Positions 7,527-18,768 of a stretch of DNA of 64,000 nt are shown here, in pieces (positions within the stretch are counted from its first letter, which is position 1; each line of letters starts with the position of its first letter). The stretch is from IMG/VR virus record IMGVR_UViG_3300029945_000001, positions 1 to 64,000 of that record; one strand, written 5' to 3'. Position numbers and translations under genes: made by a program. The notes beneath the pieces were generated by a model. It saw only the letters and a list, made by a program, of their open reading frames with translations. It had not been told where the DNA came from and made no database searches.

Positions 7527-9194
7527 TTAGAAAGGTCTTGAGACAGCTAATGCAAAATAATCAATACCATTTGTCTGTGCACCAATTAATAGTTGTTTCT
7601 GACTATTAATAACGGAAGCAATACTATTTAAATAATTTAAGTTTTCTATATTTGCTGTATCTGACATCATTATGTTTCCAGAAGTCATATCGCCATCATA
7701 ATCAGCATCAAGACCGGGTGCTCTTAATGCCGCAATAGTACAAGAATTATTAATAGGATTATCTAGGACAGGATATTGATTATATATCTTTCTTAAATTA
7801 CCAGAAATAGCTGATCTCAGTTTTATGATACGACCAGGTGTCGTTGAAACCAAATGTATTTTACTGGGATAACAGGATTCATTCTGAATAACAGGATATC
7901 TAGTATTAAACATTGTCTTTTCGATACCGTTATGAATAGCACTGAATGTTGACAAATAGAAAAGTTCTAACCAGGTTAAAGGTCTAATATATTCTTTTTT
8001 GATCTGTCTATTAAAAACATTTTTAAAGTCATTCATACCACGGAATAATGTAATTTCATCTCCTGTATCATATACCATAAACAGATAATATTCTTTATTA
8101 TTTTTATCTCTAATACTAACAGGACGTTTAGCAAAGTGAGGATTTTTAAATTTAGAAATAAGATCGCCAATAGCTTCATTTGTATTAAACTTAGCAAGTT
8201 CCTGATCAGTTACTTCCGTATATTCTAGATTTAATGTCGATTTATTTGTTAATAGAATTTTATTATTACCTCTTTGTCCAAATATAAAATCAAAGAATGC
8301 TACTCTAACCCAATGAACAACAGCCGGTTGTAAACCTTTAGCTGCTTGTAATACACCAATCTTCGTTTCATCTGGTTTTATAACTTGTAAATCATTTGGT
8401 GTCATACATTGATATGAAGCACCCGTAATAACATTACGAGTTCCCCATGTAATCTTACGTTGTGCCCAAACACCATTAATAAATCCTTTTTTACCATCAA
8501 CGATATTGTAAATATATTCATAAATTTCAACCATCTTCTTTTGTAAATTTAATCTTACTGTATCGAACACAGCAGATTGCGCATTTTCCAATGAAGATAA
8601 TGCTAATCCTAAGGATAAAGCGGATGAATAAATCTTATTAATATCATCTTGAGAAATACGCTGTTGATCTTCTTCGATATCTCGTAAACCGGCAGGAAGT
8701 ACTAATAAATATTTTGTAAATAAATTACCTTCTTTCTTATATTTTTCAATATCTTTAATGCGATCTTCTCTAGCTCTAGATTCAGTTAATTTAAATTCTA
8801 TTTTAGGAAGATACTTCATAAAGAAAGAGTAACCAGTACCGGCATCTATTGTTGTTTCAGGAGTTGGACACTTTTTAAAATCATTGATAGTATTATCAAA
8901 GATTGCATATTCTGTACCATTAATAATATTCTCATAAAGAGATCCTAATTTTATAATATTTTTATAAATGAGAGGTTGTAAAATATAAGTATGCATATCT
9001 ATATACCCAAAACTAACTAATCTTTTTGTATCACCGATCATTCCAAAAATCTGTTCTGAGAAAAAACCTTCTGAGTGAAATGATGTACTCGACGGTTCAT
9101 AAATGGCATGCGACGTTATTGGTAAACAACCATTTTCTTTAATATATTGCTCTGGATTAATAAGCCAAATATTTAATGCATTTTCGACTATCAT
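7527..9194 (-). CDS. rpoC: Virion RNA polymerase beta' subunit N/middle part (phiKZ gp180-like)
   Basis: GFFSEQIFG, FGYIDM, VLPAGLRD, GKKGFI, NTRYP and the catalytic LDADYDGDM. RBS favours ATG 9194 (track start 9227). Confidence 0.93.
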   Translation of the reverse strand: MIVENALNIWLINPEQYIKENGCLPITSHAIYEPSSTSFHSEGFFSEQIFGMIGDTKRLVSFGYIDMHTYILQPLIYKNIIKLGSLYENIINGTEYAIFDNTINDFKKCPTPETTIDAGTGYSFFMKYLPKIEFKLTESRAREDRIKDIEKYKKEGNLFTKYLLVLPAGLRDIEEDQQRISQDDINKIYSSALSLGLALSSLENAQSAVFDTVRLNLQKKMVEIYEYIYNIVDGKKGFINGVWAQRKITWGTRNVITGASYQCMTPNDLQVIKPDETKIGVLQAAKGLQPAVVHWVRVAFFDFIFGQRGNNKILLTNKSTLNLEYTEVTDQELAKFNTNEAIGDLISKFKNPHFAKRPVSIRDKNNKEYYLFMVYDTGDEITLFRGMNDFKNVFNRQIKKEYIRPLTWLELFYLSTFSAIHNGIEKTMFNTRYPVIQNESCYPSKIHLVSTTPGRIIKLRSAISGNLRKIYNQYPVLDNPINNSCTIAALRAPGLDADYDGDMTSGNIMMSDTANIENLNYLNSIASVINSQKQLLIGAQTNGIDYFALAVSRPF

Positions 9195-9262
9195 ATTTTT
9201 CCTTTCATTATATATATTAGGATTCATAATATCGTGTAATAAGTTAAATATTATTTATATTA

Positions 9263-9278
9263 AAAAATCATCTTATGA
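9263..9278 (+). promoter_or_regulatory. Candidate late promoter AAAAA-N3-TYTTATRR
   Basis: AAAAATCATCTTATGA; similar elements at 24363, 42577 and 51071, upstream of probable late or virion genes. Confidence 0.4.
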
Positions 9279-9309
9279 TTAATTCATACTGGGTAGAAGG
9301 ACCTATCCG

Positions 9310-10185
9310 ATGGACCAGACAGTTAGGTATTCCGATGAATTGCGAGATAAGATTTTTAATAAATCATTTACTGATGAAGATATTGAAAAAATAAAAGCTA
9401 TTAAACAAGATAAAGATGCATTAGATAAATTTTCAGAGAAGATGATTACTGGCGGATTGATTACTCCAGATAATATCTATATCGATTTACAATATTTTAA
9501 AGATTTAAAATTAGGATCATTGATGTCTCTTTTGTATAAAGAGTCAAAGATAAACGACGTTTCTGAAAAGTTTAATAAAATTAAATTAAACATGCAAAAA
9601 TATACTGAAAGAAAAACGGACGATCTTTCTAAGTATTTTGATATTGGATATACTAATGATGATATTGATAATCACCTAAACGATCCTCAGTATTCTGATG
9701 AAATATTTATGTTATCTCCAGCTACAGCATTTATTCATGTATTATCATGTCAGACTCAAGTTAATGTTAATCATTCTGCTGTTATAGGAAAAAGAGATGT
9801 TATTACATTTACTGTTAATACTTATCCACTTAACTTGGGCAATACACCAAAACGTCTTCTTGGAGATTTTATCAATAGTGTCTATTATTGTAATTGTAAT
9901 GTAATTTATAAATCCCCTTCTGATATAGCTAAGACAATAAAAGATTATGATGAATTATACTTATTCAATCTTGATAAACTAAGTCAGATTGATTTATTTC
10001 AAAAACAATTTTCAGAATTAACTTTCTTAGGAAAACGTATTTTTGCTCCTGCATTATTTAAAGATGAACATTCTTATAAAATTGAAGAAAGTCAAGTAAA
10101 TGGATGGTTGAATTTAGGATGTGATTTTACATATGTTAGATCTGAACAGTTTTCTCCTGGTGTAGAAAAGGACAATAAGAAATGA
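9310..10185 (+). CDS. Hypothetical protein
   Basis: 291-aa ORF with AAGGA RBS; ATGA overlap with the gp181-like gene. Confidence 0.75.
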   Translation: MDQTVRYSDELRDKIFNKSFTDEDIEKIKAIKQDKDALDKFSEKMITGGLITPDNIYIDLQYFKDLKLGSLMSLLYKESKINDVSEKFNKIKLNMQKYTERKTDDLSKYFDIGYTNDDIDNHLNDPQYSDEIFMLSPATAFIHVLSCQTQVNVNHSAVIGKRDVITFTVNTYPLNLGNTPKRLLGDFINSVYYCNCNVIYKSPSDIAKTIKDYDELYLFNLDKLSQIDLFQKQFSELTFLGKRIFAPALFKDEHSYKIEESQVNGWLNLGCDFTYVRSEQFSPGVEKDNKK

Positions 10186-13100
10186 CAGACAGTATTTTTA
10201 ATGGATTAGGATTATCAGATTTAAAATCTATAGACAATTCATCTCCTCCTAGTATTCAGAAAGAACAAATTAAAGATATAAATACTCCAGTCAAATCTCC
10301 TACAACAAATATCATTGATGGATTAGATTTAGAAAGCGATAAATTAGATAACGTTATGAGTAAGATCAATAATACTTTTAAAACAAAGAATAGAGTGAAA
10401 GAATTAAGTATAGATTTGCATTCTATAGATTCTAATGCTTCTTTACAAAATACATCAGATTTACATTCATATATTCTAGATCGTAAAAAGATCGCTACTA
10501 ATTTAAATACAGCATTTAAAGGTTCTGTTAGTAAAGCTGTTTCTGGAGATAATGAAAAAACTAAAAATACTGGAGCTACTGTTAAAGGTGAGTTTGATCT
10601 TGCTATTAATACAATCATAAATGAAAAGATTTTACTAAATGGATTTACAACATTAAACAGAATTAATATAAATCAATTACAAGTCTTGAAGAACATAAAT
10701 AAATTTAATACATCTATCTTTACAAACTATCTCTCACAGAGCTTATCATTACAATACAAACAGACCGCATTGACCAAAGATTTATTAAATGTTACAAGAG
10801 CAGTTGGGGCTATCATTGAAGGTAAGTTAGATGCCATCAAAATAAATACTTCATTGTCTATACCTAAAAAAGAATCGATGATTGATCATATCAAAGGAAG
10901 TATCAAGAAATCTTTTTATGATAAAATAGGAAGGACTGTTATAGATACTGGATATGACCTTGGAAAAAAGCATCTATTTGATCCTACACTAACAGCAGTT
11001 AAAGATATTAGTTCTGGTAGAAAATCTGTAAAACAAGTTAAAGATGAATTATCTGCACATATGAAAAAACAATATGATCATTATTCTAAAAAAACTATAG
11101 ATCTTAAAAGACACAGCTTTGATGTAGCTAGAAGAAATGGTGGAAAAAGAACAGAGAACGTCCTTGATTTCTTAGATGATTCTGGTTCATATGTTAAAAA
11201 TAAATCGATGGCAGCATACTCATTCACTTTAGATAAATTACATGAATTTAATGAAAGTGATTTTAAGAAAGATATCATAAATAAATATGATACGACATCT
11301 AGACGTATTGGTGTAAATGCTAGAAATTATAAACGCAAATTTGACCATCTTCATCTTAAAGATCATATTGAAGAATTCATGTCAGATATGACTCCAGATA
11401 TGATTAAGAGATTGGCGAATGATAAGAAATTAAGAGATAGATATTTTAGAGCTAAAAAGAAACATATTCAAGATTTTATTAATAAGAATAAAACTGATTT
11501 AGGTGCTCATTATAGAGAAGTTGAAAAATCTTTAAAAGACAAAGTTACATGTTTTGAACAGTATGTAGATTCAAATGAATTTGTACATAAAAATCAAGTT
11601 AGATATAAAGCTTTAAAGCGCAAGATAAAAAGAACTGATTTCAAGAAAGAAATTACAAATAGTAAAAAATCAATTGGAAATAGATTAACAAATATTAAAA
11701 ATAGTATTTTTGATGATAATGATATTCATGATGATATTACTGAAGATTATGTTAATTCTTCACATTCTAATAAATCTCATATCGCCAATGACGATATTGA
11801 AATTCTTAAGTTATATATTAATGAAATTAATAACTACAATAGAACAGGATCTGGTAAGATTCCGAGTGATGTTAAGAAACTAGCTAATGAATTAGGACTC
11901 ATAAAGAAACAGTCTGTTAAGAATAAGGTTAGAAATCTTTCAAGTAGATATATTCCAAAAGCAGCTTCTAAATCAGAGTTTACAAGAATTACTAAAAATG
12001 TTAGATCTACAACTACGAATAGTTATAACACAGCAAAAGATAAAGTACGAGATACATACAACTCTATTACTGAAGATGGTGTTTTAAATAAGATTAGTAA
12101 ATTAAAATCTGGAATAGGAAATAAGATTCCATTATCTGAAGAAACACGAGATAAGATTTTAAGTTATCTTCCTGAAATTAATGCGCTTGCTGCTGGTAAG
12201 AAAATAGCCGGTGTTCCATTAGATGTTTTAGAGATTTGTGGAGAAGCTGGTATTCTCCCAAGCAAAATTGTTTCGGTCGCTAGATTGGCTGATAAAGCAG
12301 TTGATAAAGGATACTTGCATCATAGTGCTAAAGGTGTCACAAAGAGAGTTCTCAAAGGACAACTTGCTTATGGTACTGGTGGTTTGGGTGGTAGTTCTGA
12401 AGGAAATGGAATATATGGTGGTGGAGTCAATATAGATTTAAATCCGCTTAAAGAATCTATTGATAGTTTTCACCAATCATTTAGAACATTCAGTGCCGCA
12501 TCGTTAAAAGTTTTTAAATCTATGCAGACTGGTAGTGGTGCCACAGGGAATGGTTCTGGTAGCATAAATACTGTTCAAGAAAAAACTCGTATGCAAAAAA
12601 TTATGGGTAAACTTAAATTCTGGAAAAAAGATAATACACCCAATAATAAACCTGAAGAGATTGGAGATATTCATAAATTATTTAAAGCTGCTACTACGGT
12701 TGTTGGCGGGTCTGCTTCTGTCTATGGAAAATATTTAAAGTTTATGGGACATATTCCTGCCTTTGGTACAAAGGTATTGTTTGGAAAACATGAAAATGAT
12801 CCATTTGTTGATGTTTATAGGAAAGATCAGAGAGATGCAGGACATCCTCTTGTTACCAAAAAACAATTAGAAAAAGGATGCTATTTTAAAGATGGTAATC
12901 CTGTTAGAAATGTCTCTTATATTAAAGAACCTATTTTTGATAAGAAAGGTAATATGCTTGTTAGTGAAGAAGATATTAAAGCTGGATTAGTGGATATTAG
13001 AGGAAAGAATATAGCGAATCGTAAATTTACAATATCTCGATTTGGTAAAATGGCGGATATTACTGGTATGCTAGGAAGTAAAGCATTAGGTATTACTGGA

Positions 13101-16100
13101 TCTTTAGCTAAAGTTTATGGTCATACTTTACTTGGTTTAGGAAAGGCTGGTTTTGGTGCTGCTAAATTCTTAGGTGGAAAAGCTGTTGATTTATTAAACG
13201 GAGATGCTGTCAAGACATTAACAAAAGGCGGTGTTGGTTTAGCTGGTGTTCTTGGTAAGATGTATGGTGGTATGTTTGGTATGGGTTTAAAAGGATTGGG
13301 TGGTGCCGGTAAATTTGGAACTGGGTTATTGGGAAATATGTTAGGATTTAATAAAGGTGGTGGAAATAAGAAGGATCTTGAAGAAATAGTTGGTAGAAGA
13401 CTAGATACTATTATTGGTATTCTACATGGTAGTCATATACCAGTTCCTCCAAATTCTGGAAGAAATAGATTTAATAGAGTTGTTGGTGGAATGCATAATG
13501 TTGCTAATTTAAATAAAACAGTTAGAAATAAACTCAATGCAGTTATGAGAACAACTAGTCAATTAAGACCTAGAGCAGAATCACATATAGAACAGAATGC
13601 TGATAGACATCCAGCTCTTATGAATATTGTTAGTGCTAATAGTCTTAATCACTATGCTAATATGCAACATACTCCCGCTAATAATGTTGATCATGATAAT
13701 AATGATGAGCATCACGATAGTACAGCAGAGACACTTATCGAATTGGCTATTGGAAATTATTTAAAAGATAAAGCTATAAAAGGTGGTAAATATGTATTTG
13801 GTAAAACTGCTACTGGTGCAAAGTTTATTGGAAAAGGAGTTGGTAAAGGCGTAAGCCTTGCTGCAAAAGGAGTTGGTGCTTCTGCTAAAGTTGCCGGTAA
13901 AGGAGCTATGATTGTTGGTAAAGGTGCTGCAAAAGGAACATCTGCTGTGGTAAAAGGTGTTATTAATGTATTAGGAAAAACTAAGTATGGTAGGATGGTA
14001 TCAGCTGCTGCATTAACGGCAGGTGCTGGCTATGCTGCTTATAAAGGTATGAATAGAGCTGATACGAGAGCCAAAGAAGATCAGCGTAGTCTTTATGGAT
14101 CTGCTGGCGGTGCAGCACGAAATGCTGTTGCTACAGATGCTGCGGTTTATGGTGCTGCTGCTGTTGGTAGTAAACTTATTTCTAAAGCTGCTGGCAAACT
14201 CGGTATTGACATTGGTGCAAAATTAGCTGCTAGAGCTGGTGCTAAGCTTATTCCTGGTGTTGGTCTTGTACTAGGGACGGCTTCTGCTGTCATGCGGGCA
14301 CGGCGAGGCGATTATCTTGGTTCTGTATTAGAATTTGCAAGCGGTCTTGTTTCAACTGTTCCTTTCGTTGGTACTGCTATATCGGTTGGTATTGATGGTT
14401 ATTTAGCATATAGAGATTATAATAATTCTTATAAAGTTGCTGATCATTCACAGAAGTTTATTACAAAAGATCGTGTTACTGCATATGGCTTTGATGTGAG
14501 ATATAAAGAGGATGTTTTACAACTAGAACACGATGTTCATGTTGCTATGTCTGAAAAAGGAGCTAAAGTAACTAAAAGTAGATTAAGTTCTTTTGCTAAA
14601 CTGTTTGGACTACCTGATCTATCGAAAGATCCTATTGCATATAAATATTTCTTACTGTGGTATAATAATAGATTTGTTAATATCTTTTCAAGATACTGTG
14701 CTATTCTAAAATCATTTGGTTTACAGTATTCAGTACAAGACGAAGTAGATAAAAACACTATGAATAAAGTTATACCTGAGTTTCAAAAACAAACTGCTAA
14801 TATTGTTAATCAACATAAATCACTTGTATTATCTAAATCTGCGTTTGATAAATATAAAGCCGACTATGAAAAAAGTGAAAAAGATAAACAACAAAAAGAT
14901 AAAGATAAATTACATCCTAAAACTGTACCAAATACTACAACAGATAATAAAGATAATAGTAATTTAAAAGTATTAACGGCTCTAGAAGTTAGTAAACTTA
15001 AAACAACACAAGTAAATAAGATATCACCAGAACATTTTCCTGATAAAAATAGTAATAGTAATAGTAATAGTAATAAGTCTACTAAAAAAGTCGTAGCTAG
15101 TCATGTCATGACACCAGCCGAAGTTATTGCAAATAGATCAAATAAACTTCATGAAGATTCTCCAAGAGGATTCGATAGAGCAACTAAAACTGTTAAAGAA
15201 AATAATCCTAGAGATATTGCTAAGTTTAATAAGAAAGTTGTTGAAACTTCTGTTGATCAATCTAGTACGGTTTCTAAATATGTAAAAGCTAAAGATGATG
15301 AATATGGTCCTCATATGCCTTCTGGTCCTGCAAATGACAATTCAAAAACTGTTGTTGGTAATGATAATACTGCATTAATAAGTAAAGCCAAAACAGCAGT
15401 TGCTGCTCCTTCTACTCCGTCAAGTCCGGACAGTCTTGGTTCATTAAGTGCTAAATTTGAATCTTCTGCAAAAGGGTCTTCTGCTGTTGGTTATGATAAA
15501 GTTGGTGGAACGTCATATGGTAAGTATCAGATAGCGTCTGCGGTTGGTACATTTAGTGCGTTTATTAAGTTCTTAAAATCTCAACCTGGTAATGGTCCTA
15601 TTGTTGCACAGCGATTAGAATCTGCTGGTCGTGCTAATACTGGATCTAAATCCGGTACTGTTCCTGACGAATGGAAAAAAATTGTTAGTGAAGGATTAAT
15701 GAGTGATTATGAGCATGCATTCATTAAGAAAACTATATATGATAAAGCTCTTGATAAAATAAAAGGAAAAGCTAGAGAATACGTCGATAAATTTAAAGCA
15801 GTACAACAAGTATTGTGGTCAACTGCTGTTGGTAGTGGTGCCGGTGGCGCAGCAAATATATTTAATTCTGTTGGTGAAAAAGCACAAAATGTTTCAGAAT
15901 TTATTAAAGCTGTTTATGAAAAACGTAGTACTAAATATGGTAGTTCTACTGCTGGTGTACAAGCAAGTATGGTAAATAGATTTAAGGATGAATCTAAACT
16001 AGCACTTGGTATGATTGGTGGAGAGGGTGATAGTACTATGCAAGTTGCTAGTGCATCGACTCCTTCTGCTCCTACGACAGATACAAAACAGGCACCCGCT

Positions 16101-16658
16101 AGTTCTGGTGGTACACAACCGGTACAGACGGCATCTGCTTCTAGCGATTCTTCTGGTATCGCAGGGTCTGGTCCTAGCGTTGGCGAAACACAAGCTAGTC
16201 AGTCTATTGCAAAACAATCAATGCCGAGTTCAAGTGGTGGTAATTCATTAGCTATGAATGCTTTTAATGGTATGGATAATACGGTATCAACATCAAATAC
16301 TGTTGCACAGAGAAGAGGTGCAGTTGCTTCAACTGCTGCTAGAAACAGTACGATGTCTGCTAATTCTACTGCCAGAGATATTACAACAACTGCTAATACT
16401 GTTGCTGATACTGCAAAAAGTATTGCTTCATTGACAAACGTTATGAAAACTGCATTTGGCGTTAAACAAGATGGTACAAGCATAATGCATGATATGCATA
16501 AAACATTAGCTACTAATACTAAACAACCTCCGATGGTCAATATGCCCATTTCTACACATCAGGATAATCGTACTCAGGTTAGTCATAATGAAGAAAGTGG
16601 TAATAAAGATGCTTATGATGGTTTTGGTATAAACATTCAAAAACAGATGGTGGGGTAA
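10182..16658 (+). CDS. Large tail-associated/tape-measure-like protein with C-terminal muramidase (phiKZ gp181-like)
   Basis: 2158 aa; Gly/Ala/Lys-rich helical repeats; GAKLIPGVGL..VSTVPFVGT hydrophobic segment; lysozyme-like LGSLSAKFES..GGTSYGKYQI domain; divergent from the gp180-like gene as in phiKZ. Confidence 0.82.
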   Translation: MTDSIFNGLGLSDLKSIDNSSPPSIQKEQIKDINTPVKSPTTNIIDGLDLESDKLDNVMSKINNTFKTKNRVKELSIDLHSIDSNASLQNTSDLHSYILDRKKIATNLNTAFKGSVSKAVSGDNEKTKNTGATVKGEFDLAINTIINEKILLNGFTTLNRININQLQVLKNINKFNTSIFTNYLSQSLSLQYKQTALTKDLLNVTRAVGAIIEGKLDAIKINTSLSIPKKESMIDHIKGSIKKSFYDKIGRTVIDTGYDLGKKHLFDPTLTAVKDISSGRKSVKQVKDELSAHMKKQYDHYSKKTIDLKRHSFDVARRNGGKRTENVLDFLDDSGSYVKNKSMAAYSFTLDKLHEFNESDFKKDIINKYDTTSRRIGVNARNYKRKFDHLHLKDHIEEFMSDMTPDMIKRLANDKKLRDRYFRAKKKHIQDFINKNKTDLGAHYREVEKSLKDKVTCFEQYVDSNEFVHKNQVRYKALKRKIKRTDFKKEITNSKKSIGNRLTNIKNSIFDDNDIHDDITEDYVNSSHSNKSHIANDDIEILKLYINEINNYNRTGSGKIPSDVKKLANELGLIKKQSVKNKVRNLSSRYIPKAASKSEFTRITKNVRSTTTNSYNTAKDKVRDTYNSITEDGVLNKISKLKSGIGNKIPLSEETRDKILSYLPEINALAAGKKIAGVPLDVLEICGEAGILPSKIVSVARLADKAVDKGYLHHSAKGVTKRVLKGQLAYGTGGLGGSSEGNGIYGGGVNIDLNPLKESIDSFHQSFRTFSAASLKVFKSMQTGSGATGNGSGSINTVQEKTRMQKIMGKLKFWKKDNTPNNKPEEIGDIHKLFKAATTVVGGSASVYGKYLKFMGHIPAFGTKVLFGKHENDPFVDVYRKDQRDAGHPLVTKKQLEKGCYFKDGNPVRNVSYIKEPIFDKKGNMLVSEEDIKAGLVDIRGKNIANRKFTISRFGKMADITGMLGSKALGITGSLAKVYGHTLLGLGKAGFGAAKFLGGKAVDLLNGDAVKTLTKGGVGLAGVLGKMYGGMFGMGLKGLGGAGKFGTGLLGNMLGFNKGGGNKKDLEEIVGRRLDTIIGILHGSHIPVPPNSGRNRFNRVVGGMHNVANLNKTVRNKLNAVMRTTSQLRPRAESHIEQNADRHPALMNIVSANSLNHYANMQHTPANNVDHDNNDEHHDSTAETLIELAIGNYLKDKAIKGGKYVFGKTATGAKFIGKGVGKGVSLAAKGVGASAKVAGKGAMIVGKGAAKGTSAVVKGVINVLGKTKYGRMVSAAALTAGAGYAAYKGMNRADTRAKEDQRSLYGSAGGAARNAVATDAAVYGAAAVGSKLISKAAGKLGIDIGAKLAARAGAKLIPGVGLVLGTASAVMRARRGDYLGSVLEFASGLVSTVPFVGTAISVGIDGYLAYRDYNNSYKVADHSQKFITKDRVTAYGFDVRYKEDVLQLEHDVHVAMSEKGAKVTKSRLSSFAKLFGLPDLSKDPIAYKYFLLWYNNRFVNIFSRYCAILKSFGLQYSVQDEVDKNTMNKVIPEFQKQTANIVNQHKSLVLSKSAFDKYKADYEKSEKDKQQKDKDKLHPKTVPNTTTDNKDNSNLKVLTALEVSKLKTTQVNKISPEHFPDKNSNSNSNSNKSTKKVVASHVMTPAEVIANRSNKLHEDSPRGFDRATKTVKENNPRDIAKFNKKVVETSVDQSSTVSKYVKAKDDEYGPHMPSGPANDNSKTVVGNDNTALISKAKTAVAAPSTPSSPDSLGSLSAKFESSAKGSSAVGYDKVGGTSYGKYQIASAVGTFSAFIKFLKSQPGNGPIVAQRLESAGRANTGSKSGTVPDEWKKIVSEGLMSDYEHAFIKKTIYDKALDKIKGKAREYVDKFKAVQQVLWSTAVGSGAGGAANIFNSVGEKAQNVSEFIKAVYEKRSTKYGSSTAGVQASMVNRFKDESKLALGMIGGEGDSTMQVASASTPSAPTTDTKQAPASSGGTQPVQTASASSDSSGIAGSGPSVGETQASQSIAKQSMPSSSGGNSLAMNAFNGMDNTVSTSNTVAQRRGAVASTAARNSTMSANSTARDITTTANTVADTAKSIASLTNVMKTAFGVKQDGTSIMHDMHKTLATNTKQPPMVNMPISTHQDNRTQVSHNEESGNKDAYDGFGINIQKQMVG

Positions 16659-16661
16659 TTC

Positions 16662-18671
16662 ATGACAAGCATAGCCGATAATAATGAAACACTTGTTAGA
16701 AATGCATTTATTGTATCATTTTCAGAAACTGGTGATTTTAATAACTACATAGAAGTTCTTGGTTATGAACTTCAGTCTGATTTAGGAACTGATGGTAGTG
16801 GTACGGTTGATAATCCATCAACACCTACTGCTGTACAGTCTATGTTAGATTCTCCAAGTGCTGATGGTGCTATTCCTGTATATTTTACAAAGAGAAAATG
16901 TAGAGATACTTCTATTGGTGGAAATGATGCTATTAACTGTTTACCACAATTTTGTAATAACGATGATATTCCATATGATTTAACATCGAGTAATGCAACT
17001 GGTGGTTATTTAGATGGAAATAATTCTAGTGGTATAGGTCAAATGGGCAGAGTTTATAGTCAGATGTATGATGATACAAAACGGATTGCATATTTTACAT
17101 TTGGTGTTCCTAAATTTAATAACGTTGCTGATTTCTATTCAAAAGCAGTTAGTGATAAATTACTTAATTTAATGAATAACGGCGAGTCTAGTGTTACTAT
17201 TGGTAATCTTGTTGGTACAGTTATTGGTACAATTATTAAACTTCCTGCTCTTCCGCTTATCTGGATTTATAATGCTGTCCAAGGCGCTACAAAAACACCT
17301 ATTACAAAGTACTATGATTTTAAATCAACTATGCCTCTGTATTACAGATGTGTCAATTCGTTTCTTATTTCATTAGCAATTAATATGGGTTTGTGTAATG
17401 ATGGATATTTTACACAAGGAAATGCTAAATTAAATTTAGATCAAAATGGTTCACAAACAGAACCGACAAGTACAGCACAAGAAGCTATTGCAGACTCTGT
17501 TGCAAGTAGTCTTTCTCCAGGTTCTGCTACTGATATGCCAGATCTATTTAGAGATTATGGATTTGATATTTTTCAGATCATGTTAAGAAAACATAAGTAT
17601 GAAGATGTTAATTTTAATATTGGTAGCATGTCTACAGATCAAGCGTTGCAGAACTTAATGAGTGGTTCGGTTACAACCGAAGATACTAGCGGAACTATCA
17701 CAGATGATACAAGTACTAGTACTACTTCTATTATTGAAGAATTTACAGACGATTTTATTACACAATTCGGATCACAGGTTGTTGGTACTCTTTATGATGC
17801 CGCATTATTTGTTGGGTTTAGAGTAGAAAAAGGCACTGATACATCTGAATCATTTGGTAATCAAACTGGTAAATCAGCTATGGAAGAAAGTGTTAACAGT
17901 AGAATAAGTCAAAATAGAGGAAATATTTTTAATACCATGGCTGGAAAATTATCTGGTACCGCTTTAGATGGTTTTGTTAAAGCTGGTATTGATGTTGCTA
18001 AAGGTGTTGTAGAAGGCGCTGGTCTTCAGGGTATTGAAAATGTTGTAGCCGGAACTGCTTATATAGACTTTCCTGAAGTTTGGATGAATAGTGATTTTAG
18101 CAGAAGTTATAGTTTAAATCTGTCATTAAGATCTCCTTATGGAGATCCTTACTCACTGATGCAGAATCTTTATATTCCATATGCTATGTTGTTTTGTGCT
18201 GCTGTTCCTAGGTCGGCTGGTCAGGCTGCATATACATCACCTTTCTTATGTCGTGTTTATTGTCGTGGTATGTTTTCTATTCCATTGGGTATTATATCTT
18301 CTATGCATGTAAAACGCGGTGCTGATCAATATGGATGGACATATGGTGGATTACCAACATGTCTTGATATTAGTATGGATTTAAAAGATCTATCTCCCGC
18401 TCTGTATGTTGCTATTGGTGGTGATGCAGATGGTATCCCTGATATCTTTGGTGCTAACTCATCATTCCAAGAATATATGGCTACGTTATCTGGTATTGGT
18501 TTGAAAGAACGCATGTCTTTCTTTATTAATATTAGAAAGAAAGCTGAATATATACTAAAGTTACAATCTGCTACTAAGTTATCTCCTTTCTATTGGGGTA
18601 TGGTCGCTGGTGATTCATTACCAGGAAGATTGATATCTCGTTTTATTCCATCTCGACTTAATACAAACTAA
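16662..18671 (+). CDS. Virion baseplate/tail-tip protein (phiKZ gp182-like)
   Basis: DTSIGGNDAINCLPQF, FPEVW, LRSPYG, YTSPFLC, LGIISSM motifs; follows the gp181-like gene. Confidence 0.72.
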   Translation: MTSIADNNETLVRNAFIVSFSETGDFNNYIEVLGYELQSDLGTDGSGTVDNPSTPTAVQSMLDSPSADGAIPVYFTKRKCRDTSIGGNDAINCLPQFCNNDDIPYDLTSSNATGGYLDGNNSSGIGQMGRVYSQMYDDTKRIAYFTFGVPKFNNVADFYSKAVSDKLLNLMNNGESSVTIGNLVGTVIGTIIKLPALPLIWIYNAVQGATKTPITKYYDFKSTMPLYYRCVNSFLISLAINMGLCNDGYFTQGNAKLNLDQNGSQTEPTSTAQEAIADSVASSLSPGSATDMPDLFRDYGFDIFQIMLRKHKYEDVNFNIGSMSTDQALQNLMSGSVTTEDTSGTITDDTSTSTTSIIEEFTDDFITQFGSQVVGTLYDAALFVGFRVEKGTDTSESFGNQTGKSAMEESVNSRISQNRGNIFNTMAGKLSGTALDGFVKAGIDVAKGVVEGAGLQGIENVVAGTAYIDFPEVWMNSDFSRSYSLNLSLRSPYGDPYSLMQNLYIPYAMLFCAAVPRSAGQAAYTSPFLCRVYCRGMFSIPLGIISSMHVKRGADQYGWTYGGLPTCLDISMDLKDLSPALYVAIGGDADGIPDIFGANSSFQEYMATLSGIGLKERMSFFINIRKKAEYILKLQSATKLSPFYWGMVAGDSLPGRLISRFIPSRLNTN

Positions 18672-18680
18672 GTTTAAATG

Positions 18681-18710
18681 ACATAGAGGGACCACGAGGT
18701 CCCTCTATGT
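18681..18710 (+). terminator. Hairpin ACATAGAGGGACC-ACGA-GGTCCCTCTATGT
   Basis: 13-bp stem just after a stop codon. Confidence 0.75.
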
Positions 18711-18768
18711 TGTTAATCATGTTTTAAAATTATAGTATAGATTTGGCCCATTTTAAGGGATATCCATC

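Noticed and set aside
15048-15074. (AATAGT)n repeat in the gp181-like gene
   Set aside because: Short in-frame Asn-Ser linker expansion with no sign of phase variation.
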